DNA of 64,000 nucleotides, taken from positions 28,578 to 92,577 of the forward strand of contig JAPPBX010000117.1 of assembly GCA_026702755.1 (NCBI GenBank). The letters run 5' to 3'. This stretch comes from Candidatus Poribacteria bacterium. Its GTDB lineage: Bacteria > Poribacteria > WGA-4E > WGA-3G. Shown piece after piece: positions 55,688 to 64,000 of this stretch. The notes beneath the pieces were generated by a model, which made no database searches, was not told the origin of the DNA, and saw only the letters and a list, made by a program, of their open reading frames with translations. Numbering within the stretch: position 1 is the stretch's first letter; every line of letters begins with the position of its first letter. Position numbers and translations under genes: made by a program.

Positions 55688-55723
55688 AATAACTCCTTTT
55701 CTATAGTCTTGTACCTACTGAAT

Positions 55724-57708
55724 CTATGCGGCTGAGTCGAGTGCCTTCGCTTTCTCAAAGTCAGCCTCTGCTGCTTCTTGTTGACCTAATTTCTCCTTCA
55801 CATACCCGCGATTCCGATGCGCCTTGACATGCTTCGGATTTAACTGAATCGCTTTATCCAGATCTGCAATCGCCGCTTGATAGTGACTCTCTGCTTCCTG
55901 TAAATTTCCGCAATCAGACTCGGATTGACCTAAGCGGTACTTCGCAAGCCCGCGATTGTTGTAAGCGGCAGTATACTTTGGATTTAGCCGGATAGCCTCC
56001 GTACAATCGGCAACTGCCCCGCGCAAATGATATTTCGCTTTTTCTGGATTCTCTCGGCGCAACTCACGCCGTCCCAAGGCATTCTGCGAAAGTGCCCGAT
56101 TGCTGTAGGCGGAAGCGTATTCTGGGTTTAACCAGATCGCCTTATCAAAACTATCCATTGCGGCTTCGTACGCGCGTCCATCATTTTTTCCGCGTCCGTC
56201 TTTGTAGTAATCCTCTGCCACATCTCCGTTTATCCGCGTTGCTTTCTCAAAGTCGGCTTTTGCAGCATCCCTTTCACCGAGTGCTTCCATTGCAAACCCG
56301 CGATCGAGGTAGCTTATTGCTGTCTCCGGATAGAGTCGGATGGCGGCATCGAAATCTGCAATTGCATTGTCATAGTCACCAAGGGCAGCCCTTGCAGCCC
56401 CGCGAGTATGGTAGGCAGCACTGCTATTCTTATCTGCTGAGGCTAACTGGATAGCGACATCACTGTCAACGACCGCGCTTTGATAGTACCATTCGGCTTC
56501 TCCACTGTTCTCTCGTTCAGTTACAATTTGCCCGAGGAGATATTTTGTCCAGCCGCGGACATTATAGGCTGAGGCAAACTTTGGTTCCCATTCAATGAGA
56601 TGCGTAAAGTCGGCGATCGCCGCGTGATAGTGCTTTCGGGCTGCTGCTATATCCCCGTGTTCGACTTTGGACGCGCCACTTCGCATCTTTGCGTTTGCGC
56701 GGGCGTACATTGCCTTTGAGTTGTCTAACCATCGTAAGGGGATTAGAAATAGTTGAGCGAACATTCGCTTCCTGAAAGCCCGGAAAGTTGGCAGAGAATA
56801 ATTCGTTGACATGAGTCGATAAGCCTTCACCCGGTCCATAAGGAGTGCTATACCATCAAGCGAGTCAAACTGCTTATAGTCCCCCTTAGTATTGAGCCTT
56901 ACCAATTTAGATTGCGTCTCACTACGGGCTGTATAGGCGTTAGGTATATCCGGGTTAAGATTGATAGCTTCATTATAGGCGGCAAGAGCACTTTCAAAAT
57001 CGTCTCCTGCTTGATGCGCTATGCCCTTTTTATATTCAAGATAGGCACGTATTCGCGGGCGGTTTTGCCATTCCGTTAAAGACTGAACTTTCGTCCGTTC
57101 TGCCGCCGTGAGCAATGCTTTGAGCGCTTTTGAAGGGACAGCATACCCCTTACCCTTACCGGGTTTGAAGCTGCCCCGCGAAAGCACGGCTATAACTTCG
57201 CCTTCGTTGTTTAGCAAAGGGCACCCACTCCACCCAGGTCCTGCAGCAGGTATATGTAACCGAAGCCATTTATCCTTTTTCTCAATACACCGTACTATAG
57301 CCGCTGCGTTGTTTTCCTTGTCCCCGTCGTAGCCGATGGCACAAATGCGCGCTTTTTTTTTACAGTCTCACTGTTGCCAAGGGGGAAAGGGATCTCCTCT
57401 TCCGAAACTTTTAGAACAGTGAGATCATTCTTTTCATCAAACGCTGTGATGCCTTCAATTGTGTACGCGGCTCCTGTGTCAACATGCTTTGCGGTAATGC
57501 TCATGGCACCTTCTAAAACGTGAAAACTTGTCGTAATTTGATCACGTTCCACAAAGAAACCACTACAAGTACTAACGTTAACTTCGTATTTGTTGCTGCC
57601 GAGATACTTCTGAAAAGTCTCTGCCTCCAAAATCGCCATGGTTCCTTGGATCTTTTGGGGGATTTTTTGGGCATGCTGCTGATGTGAGTTCTCTTTTTTT
57701 GATGTCAT
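55724..57708 (-). pseudogene. Trypsin-like serine protease - TPR repeat protein, interrupted by a frameshift in an A9 tract
   Basis: ORF 57708-57295 carries the His (TTSFHVLEGA) and Asp (NDLTVLKV) regions. The frame continuing from 57367 to 55724 carries ICAIGYDG... and the Ser motif GWSGCPLLNNEGEVIAV, followed by about 10 TPR units. The two frames meet at T9 (57353-57361, A9 on the coding strand). A10 would give one continuous ORF ...SETVKKKARICAIGYDG... Confidence 0.75.
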
Positions 57709-57760
57709 AAGGCATCTGTCCTTTGTAAAATCTATTGTTTTAGCCGAGTGTTTCCTTACC

Positions 57761-59575
57761 TTAGGAAACCACGAAAAGCCTTGCCTGTCTCGGGGCAAAT
57801 GTACAGTTCAGATATGTTTTTCCATCGGCGTGCCAAAAGTCGATGCTCTCTCTGACATTCTTAGGTAGATCCCACTCCGCGAGATGGGATGCCTTCCGGT
57901 GTATTTCAATCAAGGTATCAATTGATTCAGTCCCTGTATGGAAAAGATAAAAAAGTTCAGATTTCTCTGCCACCCGATGGTGTATTTGAACGGTATTCGT
58001 TGCTTCGTTTTTAGGTTTTAGATACACCGATACGGTAGGACGTACCCATTTGCGGAGGCATTTTTCGAGTTTCACCTTTTTCTCATCGGGTGGACCACGG
58101 AGAATAGTCGTACGCCGTCCATAGATGAGTTGCTCCAGCGGATACGGCTCCAGTCCAATCCTCCCATTAAGCAGATACGGTATCGGTTCGTCTGCTATCA
58201 ATCTGCCTTTCGCTTTTGTGAATGCCTTTAGGCATTTAACGCTCTCCTCTTGGAGCGATATGCAACTCGGAAGTAGAACGACACTATAGATTTCCTGAGT
58301 GCCCATCTGGTTGTTGAAAAAACTGAGTCCGCCACTTCTGCTACTACGACCTCCTGTGCTTACAATTTCTGCTGCGCTCAGCTCCTGCTCCGAGACGATC
58401 CTGAAATCGTATCCCAATTCCCAGACGCTTTGGCACAACCATCCCCACGCTTTTGTCAATCCATTCCACTGTTTCTCATCAGGTTTTGTCCAGAGACTCT
58501 GTGTCGGTGCCACCATAAGGAGGGGTCTCTTCGGATAGCCATGCGATAACGTTTCCGTTATAGAGATGGATTCCGGTATCGCAGCACGATCTCCGTTTAT
58601 CCACAGATTAAAGCCGAGGCTTGCCTCTTCAAGCACTGTCTTTTTATTCCTTTTATCAGTTTCCTTCCGTGAAATGCCGGCATATTGTGTGTCGCTGCAG
58701 ACCCACTTTGCAACGACGAATCGTTTGGGTGTATCTATTTCCGCGGTTTTTAGAATCGGGCAATCCACGTGTGCCAACATTGCGCTGAGTTCAAATTCTA
58801 ATGTCTTTGCACTTGTAGGGAGGCTTAAGGCAAATTGTAACGCCTCCTGATGACAGAAATCGCGGATACCACCAAGAAAGCAGGTTGCAAATCGCGTCGT
58901 CACTTCACGCCAAAACGTATTCCTGACCGCTGCTGAGTTATAGGTTTCATAGAACACTAAAGGGAGATATTTCGTAAGTGTTTCCCTTATCGTGTTTGAC
59001 AGCTTAGGACTCCACGGGACCGACGATGTTTCTCCGCCCAAAACGCTTGCGAGTGAAAGAAACCTTGGTAATTCACAGGTGAAACCGACAAGATGTTTTT
59101 TGCCGTGAGCCTTTAAATAGTTTGCCAGTACTTGTTCCGTGAACCTTGAAACGCCGGTATCGCTTAAAAGATCCGCTGCCGCGCCTTCCGTCTGGTAGAT
59201 ATTAATCACTGTTCGCCCGCGGAGCCGTTCAGCAATTGCGAGATCACCTGCGACACATTTTTGGACGTAGTCGCTGATGTTATAGCAGGGAGCCTCTGCT
59301 TGCGGTTCCGCAATTAAGTAGTGCTGTCCGAGTTCTGGACTGTGCTGTAGGTAGGACTGCCGAAGTGTTGCTTGGATTGCTGTTGGTTCAGCATCGCCAA
59401 AGGAATATTCTACGGCGTTCAACCGATATCGCGTTTCCAGTAATCCAGACGGTAGCGCAACCCATGCGCGCTCGCCTCGTCGCAGCAATCGGGTTAATTC
59501 TGCCCGATGCGCCGCTGCTCCTTGTCCGCTCCGCCACGATAGGATACTGCCCGCGTCAAAAGAATCCGTCTGCAC
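57761..59575 (-). CDS. Hypothetical protein (604 aa); possibly glycoside-hydrolase/GATase1-like
   Basis: Long uninterrupted ORF. The only hint is a weak resemblance of LLMVAPTQSLW...WGWL...LGYDFRIVSEQEL to beta-galactosidase trimerisation-type domains. Confidence 0.5.
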   Translation of the reverse strand: MQTDSFDAGSILSWRSGQGAAAHRAELTRLLRRGERAWVALPSGLLETRYRLNAVEYSFGDAEPTAIQATLRQSYLQHSPELGQHYLIAEPQAEAPCYNISDYVQKCVAGDLAIAERLRGRTVINIYQTEGAAADLLSDTGVSRFTEQVLANYLKAHGKKHLVGFTCELPRFLSLASVLGGETSSVPWSPKLSNTIRETLTKYLPLVFYETYNSAAVRNTFWREVTTRFATCFLGGIRDFCHQEALQFALSLPTSAKTLEFELSAMLAHVDCPILKTAEIDTPKRFVVAKWVCSDTQYAGISRKETDKRNKKTVLEEASLGFNLWINGDRAAIPESISITETLSHGYPKRPLLMVAPTQSLWTKPDEKQWNGLTKAWGWLCQSVWELGYDFRIVSEQELSAAEIVSTGGRSSRSGGLSFFNNQMGTQEIYSVVLLPSCISLQEESVKCLKAFTKAKGRLIADEPIPYLLNGRIGLEPYPLEQLIYGRRTTILRGPPDEKKVKLEKCLRKWVRPTVSVYLKPKNEATNTVQIHHRVAEKSELFYLFHTGTESIDTLIEIHRKASHLAEWDLPKNVRESIDFWHADGKTYLNCTFAPRQARLFVVS

Positions 59576-59750
59576 AACTATCTACTCCCAGTTATGAAAC
59601 CCAAAAGATTTGCAACGCTTAGCGTTCTGTGATATACTTTTAACACTGACAGAAGGGTGAAGGTTTGCGAGTTTTCTCCATATTTTGTATTAAGAGTTTA
59701 GCACACCTTGAGAATTCGTGCAATCAAAAGTTTTCTTGTGAAGGATAGAC

Positions 59751-61001
59751 ATGAACATACTGGAAAATCTCATCTCAGCATTTTCTGTGCTTCGCGGGAG
59801 CAAACTCCGTACGATTCTCACACTTTTGGGAATTACGATCGGTATTGCGGGTGTGATAGCGATGATGTCTTTCGGCGCGGGTGCCGAGAAACTCCTTATG
59901 TCCGAGATCAACAATATCGGTGGACCGAGTATGTTCGGTGTTTATCGTCCTGGGTATGTCCGAAAGAACAACCGTTGGCAACGCAACAACAGCCCACATC
60001 ATTTAGAGATGAAAGACCTTCGCGACGTTCTGGCGGAATGTCCGTCCGTTGAAGTTGCCACCGTTGAAGGCAGCTACTACATCAGTCTCGGTGTTGATGG
60101 GAAATTTCAGAAAACCTATCTCCGCGCAACAACAAAGGAATACCAAGACGTTCGCGAATGGCAGACACAATACGGCAGATTCCTCGCTGACACTGACATG
60201 GACACTTGGACAAAGGTCTGTGTTATCGGTTCAAAGATTTGGAAAGAGCAGTTTAAAGGACAGGATCCGATCGGTAAGGAAGTCATCATCAACAATCATG
60301 GGAACAACAAACGTTTTACTGTTATCGGGATCATGGAGAGCCGAGGGGATGGGTTAGAGCGAGGAAAGAGCGACGACAATATGCTCTTTATTCCCATTAC
60401 GACCGCACAGAAACGGTTTTGGGGACACGATCACGTTGGACATATCATGGTGCGTGCTAAGAGTCCACTCTTAGTCGATCAAGCGTTGAAAGAGGTAAAG
60501 ACTATTATTATGCGCAACCACGGTGGTGACGACACTTTTTTCCGAACGTGGTCGGCGAAAAAGGGAATCGAACATGCGAAAAGAATGATTTTTATCATAG
60601 AATCGGTTCTCGTGGTTATTGCGTCTGTTGCGTTGATTGTTGCAGGTATCGGCATTCTGAATATCATGCTCGTCTCGGTGACAGAGCGGATACCCGAAAT
60701 TGGACTCCGAAAAGCAGTCGGCGCGAAGAGTTTTAACATCCGTTTGCAATTCCTCACGGAATCTGTGTTGTTGTGTCTGATTGGAAGTTTACTGGGCATT
60801 GCGTTCGGTGCTGTGGTTGGGCAAGGCTTCGCGTGGGTGGTTGCTCAGTTCATTCCAGAGCTTGCTTGGCCCTCTGTGCTTACGCTGGAGGCGATCTCCA
60901 TCTCTGTCGGCGCAGGTGCAGCCGTCGGTATCTTCTTTGGCTATTATCCCGCCAGCCAAGCCGCGAAAATGACCCCCATTGATGCTATCCGTCATACATA
61001 A
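59751..61001 (+). CDS. ABC transporter permease, MacB/FtsX-type (copy 1)
   Basis: N-terminal TM (LRTILTLLGITIGIAGVIAM), a MacB_PCD-like periplasmic domain, and a C-terminal FtsX domain (TERIPEIGLRKAVGAK...YYPASQAAKMTPIDAIRH). Confidence 0.88.
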   Translation: MNILENLISAFSVLRGSKLRTILTLLGITIGIAGVIAMMSFGAGAEKLLMSEINNIGGPSMFGVYRPGYVRKNNRWQRNNSPHHLEMKDLRDVLAECPSVEVATVEGSYYISLGVDGKFQKTYLRATTKEYQDVREWQTQYGRFLADTDMDTWTKVCVIGSKIWKEQFKGQDPIGKEVIINNHGNNKRFTVIGIMESRGDGLERGKSDDNMLFIPITTAQKRFWGHDHVGHIMVRAKSPLLVDQALKEVKTIIMRNHGGDDTFFRTWSAKKGIEHAKRMIFIIESVLVVIASVALIVAGIGILNIMLVSVTERIPEIGLRKAVGAKSFNIRLQFLTESVLLCLIGSLLGIAFGAVVGQGFAWVVAQFIPELAWPSVLTLEAISISVGAGAAVGIFFGYYPASQAAKMTPIDAIRHT

Positions 61002-61013
61002 TAGGGAGCGAAA

Positions 61014-62252
61014 GTGCAAATCTTAGAGAATCTCATCTCAGCGTTTTCCGTGCTTCGCGGGAGTAAACTCCGTACGATTCTCACGCTTTTGGGGATTACC
61101 ATCGGTATTGCCGGTGTGATAGCGATGATGTCTTTCGGCGCAGGTGCTGAAAAACTCATGATGGCAGAGATTGAGAATATCGGTGGTCCGAGTATGTTCG
61201 GTGTTTATCGTCCCGGATATGTCCGAAAGAATGACCGTTGGCAACGCAACAACAGCCCACATTACTTAGAGATGCGGGATCTGCACGACATTCTGGCGGA
61301 CTGCCCCTCCGTTGAAGTCGCCACCGTTGAAAGAAGTCACCCCATTGACTTTGAAGTTGAGGGTAAGCACCAACGGACCTACCTCCGCGCAACAACAAAG
61401 GAATACCAAGCCGTCCGACGATGGCAGACTGAATACGGTAGATTTCTCGCCGATACCGATATGGACTTCTGGAATAAGGTTTGCGTCATCGGGGCAAGGG
61501 TCTGGAAAGAGCAATTTAAAGGGCAGAATCCGATTGGCGAGGAAGTCAGCATTAACAATAGACGCTTTACCGTTATTGGCGTTATGGAGAGCCGTGGGGA
61601 TGGGTTAGAACAGGGCAGAAGTGACGATAACATGATCTTTATCCCAATTACCACTGCCCAGACCCGCTTTGGTGGACGGAATCGGGTTGGTGCTATTATG
61701 GCACGTGCCAAGAGTATTGATTTAGTTGAGCAGGCACTCAAAGAGGTGAAGACCGTGATTATGCGTAACCACGGTGGCGACGAGACGTTTTTCCGAACAT
61801 GGAACGCGAAAAAGGGAATTGAAGGCGGAAAAAGGATCATTTTTATTATAGAGATGGTGCTCGTGATTATTGCGTCTGTTGCGTTGATTGTTGCTGGCAT
61901 CGGTATTCTGAATATCATGCTCGTCTCGGTGACGGAACGGATACCCGAAATTGGGCTTCGGAAAGCGGTAGGTGCAAAAAGCTTTGATATTCGGTTACAG
62001 TTTCTCACGGAATCCGTGTTATTGTGTCTGATTGGGAGTCTACTCGGTATTGCGTTTGGTGCTGTGGTTGGAAACGGTTTTGCATGGGCGGTGGGTCACT
62101 TCTTTAATGAGCTTTCCTGGCCCGCAGTCATTACTCTGAGAGCCGTGCTGATTTCAGTTGGTGCGGGCGCGGCCGTAGGTATCTTCTTCGGCTACTATCC
62201 CGCCAGCCAAGCCGCTAAGATGACACCGATTGATGCTATTCGGCATACGTAA
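61014..62252 (+). CDS. ABC transporter permease, MacB/FtsX-type (copy 2, tandem paralog)
   Basis: GTG start. About 85% aa identity to copy 1 by eye. The termini are near-identical at the nucleotide level, and differences cluster in the periplasmic domain. Confidence 0.88.
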   Translation: MQILENLISAFSVLRGSKLRTILTLLGITIGIAGVIAMMSFGAGAEKLMMAEIENIGGPSMFGVYRPGYVRKNDRWQRNNSPHYLEMRDLHDILADCPSVEVATVERSHPIDFEVEGKHQRTYLRATTKEYQAVRRWQTEYGRFLADTDMDFWNKVCVIGARVWKEQFKGQNPIGEEVSINNRRFTVIGVMESRGDGLEQGRSDDNMIFIPITTAQTRFGGRNRVGAIMARAKSIDLVEQALKEVKTVIMRNHGGDETFFRTWNAKKGIEGGKRIIFIIEMVLVIIASVALIVAGIGILNIMLVSVTERIPEIGLRKAVGAKSFDIRLQFLTESVLLCLIGSLLGIAFGAVVGNGFAWAVGHFFNELSWPAVITLRAVLISVGAGAAVGIFFGYYPASQAAKMTPIDAIRHT

Positions 62253-62271
62253 TCAACCAATTGGAGAAATA

Positions 62272-63201
62272 ATGCCTATTTTCAGATTAGAAGGTGAAGA
62301 CATGTCTGAGGCAAGACTCGTCATAGCGCAAGAGACAAATCTTGAACTCGAAAGTCATCTGGAAGATTGGCTTGAAAACAGTCCTCAGGCTCTTACTCAA
62401 GAACCGCTTCTCTGGATTGGGAGGCAAACAAGTGCTTCAGTTGAAGATAGAACTATCTTTCCAGATTTACTCGGAGTTGATGCTGAAGGAAACCTGATTA
62501 TCGTTGAACTCAAACGAGACGAGGCTCCCCGCGAAGTCGTAGCACAATTATTTGAATATGCAGCATGGGCAAATGAACTTTCAGATTCCCAAATTCATAG
62601 GATTGCCGAAACTTATTTTGCAACTCGCAGTGAGGTCCAAGATAAAACTTTCGATGATGTGTTCAGAATTGTATTTGATATACTTGAAACCGATGAACTT
62701 CCTCCGCTAAATCGGGTTTTACGTTTATTCATAGTAGCTGAAGAAATACCAACACGAATAGCACAGGTTTGTCGATTTCTTCGGACCTCATATAGTATGA
62801 ATATCGTCTGTATAGATGTTTCAACCTTTCAAACAGAATCTAATGAACGAATTATAAGTATGGAAGCAAAGGTTGGAAATGAAGAACTTAACACTTCCAG
62901 AAACCAGAGGCAAGCTGTTATCCAGATCTCCCGATGGTCAGAAGACCAATCAACACAAGAAGTGCTGCGGGATGTAGTACAAGGGTTGACAAACGGAGAT
63001 GTCAATGTTGTTTTTAAACAGAAAGATATTTTGGAGAAATATCCGAACTTCAATGTGAATACCTTAAGACGCGTTATTATAGAGGACTGTGCTAACGGTC
63101 CACCACCCAATGATAATATCGTTATCAACCCCCATGGTAAATATTGGTGGGTCGCCAGAGGAGAGTATCGTCTGTATGATCCTGCCAGAGACAAGGGGTA
63201 G
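62272..63201 (+). CDS. NucS/DUF91-like PD-(D/E)XK nuclease-domain protein with an uncharacterised C-terminal half
   Basis: GGAG RBS, ATG 62272. ESHLEDWLENSPQAL...FPDLLGVDAEGNLIIVELKRDEAPREVVAQLFEYAAW matches the D...ExK core plus the QxxxY helix of NucS-type nucleases. Confidence 0.6.
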   Translation: MPIFRLEGEDMSEARLVIAQETNLELESHLEDWLENSPQALTQEPLLWIGRQTSASVEDRTIFPDLLGVDAEGNLIIVELKRDEAPREVVAQLFEYAAWANELSDSQIHRIAETYFATRSEVQDKTFDDVFRIVFDILETDELPPLNRVLRLFIVAEEIPTRIAQVCRFLRTSYSMNIVCIDVSTFQTESNERIISMEAKVGNEELNTSRNQRQAVIQISRWSEDQSTQEVLRDVVQGLTNGDVNVVFKQKDILEKYPNFNVNTLRRVIIEDCANGPPPNDNIVINPHGKYWWVARGEYRLYDPARDKG

Positions 63202-63224
63202 AACGATGATGATTAGGTTAGTTG

Positions 63225-63452
63225 ATGAATAAACAGAAGATGACGTATTTTGAGAAAGAAGATATATCGCATCTCGTGATTTCCGATGATCCTGAAAGCG
63301 ACAGTTTAGAGTTGAGCCCTAATATCACTGCTGAACTGAATGAGAATGGTGAACTTATCGAAATTGAGATTCTCAACGCAAGTGCTTTCATTCAGGATGC
63401 GGTCTTGAATACGGATTTCGCTGAAGGGATTTCTTTGGTTAACAAAAGTTAA
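63225..63452 (+). CDS. DUF2283 domain protein
   Basis: MTYFEKEDISHLVISDDPESDSLELSPNITAELNENGELIEIEILNAS is the typical DUF2283 pattern (Y....D.l.i.l.........e.....v.d.d..G.l.giEil.as). Confidence 0.65.
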   Translation: MNKQKMTYFEKEDISHLVISDDPESDSLELSPNITAELNENGELIEIEILNASAFIQDAVLNTDFAEGISLVNKS

Positions 63453-63547
63453 TGGGTCTGGTCGTTTTGCTTTTTTTGACAGATTTCTTCAGACGTGTTA
63501 GTATGTTTACGACTTTGGTTGTTGATTCTGCAAAAAAGGAAGGCTTC

Positions 63548-64000
63548 ATGAACAATAACAATCCTTACGATGATTTCACTACTCGTTTGAAGTTGCTGGT
63601 TAGCAAGCATCCACAGTTGATCACAACTACTCTCAGTAATATTTTTACTATGAGGCTCCTTGGAAACAAAACTCATGGAGATTTAGCGGAAATTGGCATC
63701 TGTGAATTTATTAATCAATATATGTATGATTTCAAATCTATTCACGTTGGCAAAGATCTCTATCGGGCAAAATCAAAAGAAGAAGACATCAAAATTATCA
63801 ACGAAATTACTGAAGACGAGTTCCCAGTTAGTCTTAAAGCTTACGGTCATGGTCCGCTCCAACTGTCAACCGACAAAAATTCTCTCATGTTTCCAAAACT
63901 GACGCAAACCGGAAGAGAGATAAAGGATCAGGACACCATCCAAAATCTTTTAAAGGATACTGCTTTTGCTGAGTTTGATAGCATCAACGTGTTACCTTTA
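63548..64000 (+). CDS. Hypothetical protein, 5' fragment (runs off the window end); possible PD-(D/E)XK restriction-endonuclease-like
   Basis: Absent from the ORF track (no stop in the window). AAGGAAGG RBS, ATG 63548, open for 151 codons. GDLAEIGICEF ... EDIKIINEITEDEFPVSLKAYG could be a D/E...SxK nuclease core (weak). The minus-strand ORF 63449-63676 is a shadow. Confidence 0.5.
   Translation, partial: MNNNNPYDDFTTRLKLLVSKHPQLITTTLSNIFTMRLLGNKTHGDLAEIGICEFINQYMYDFKSIHVGKDLYRAKSKEEDIKIINEITEDEFPVSLKAYGHGPLQLSTDKNSLMFPKLTQTGREIKDQDTIQNLLKDTAFAEFDSINVLPL

Noticed and set aside
63449-63676. 75-aa minus-strand ORF and the 63693-63902(+) ORF
   Set aside because: Both overlap a better plus-strand frame with a strong RBS (ATG 63548) that stays open to the window end.
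1-64000. tRNA, rRNA, tmRNA, reverse transcriptase (retron/DGR), transposase, integrase, cas genes
   Set aside because: I recognised no T-loop/acceptor-type sequences or rRNA-like stretches in the intergenic regions. No YxDD RT motif, DDE or tyrosine-recombinase ORFs appeared in the six-frame track. This was a visual scan only; tRNAscan-SE/Infernal would be decisive.

Overview
64 kb of a moderate-GC bacterial chromosome, probably from an uncultivated diderm. It encodes LptD, SurA-like chaperones, a T9SS-type C-terminal sorting domain, dockerin, WD40 and TPR repeat proteins; I cannot assign taxonomy without a search. Most genes are housekeeping or metabolic: folD, mfd, PFK, a TPP enzyme, SDRs, an aminotransferase, methyltransferases and Gfo/Idh/MocA. 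They are interleaved with large secreted repeat proteins. Promoters are close to the sigma70 consensus, and several families of short dispersed or tandem intergenic repeats (REP/MITE-like) are present. Three regions look accessory. (1) 38.7-52.8 kb is a type I R-M locus whose hsdM, hsdS and hsdR are spread over 14 kb. Between hsdS and hsdR sits a tightly coupled block: ABC-type ATPase + small Toprim/DUF4276-like protein + UPF0175/PIN-like TA pair. This ATPase/Toprim-like pair is my best candidate for a poorly described defence module. (2) 19.07-22.8 kb carries a small ORF, a Rad50/SbcC-like zinc-hook ATPase with no nuclease partner, and an AAA-like ATPase fused to a PD-(D/E)XK motif. (3) 62.3-64.0 kb carries a NucS-like PD-(D/E)XK protein, DUF2283 and a truncated nuclease-like ORF. 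Other notable points: a trypsin-like protease-TPR gene split at an A9 tract with a dnaX-like slippery context; an LptD homologue with an embedded parvulin domain and acidic insert; a 14x WD40-metzincin-dockerin fusion; and an aminotransferase that seems to start at ATT. I recognised no tRNA, rRNA, CRISPR array, reverse transcriptase, transposase or integrase. All domain calls come from motif recognition by eye, not from searches.
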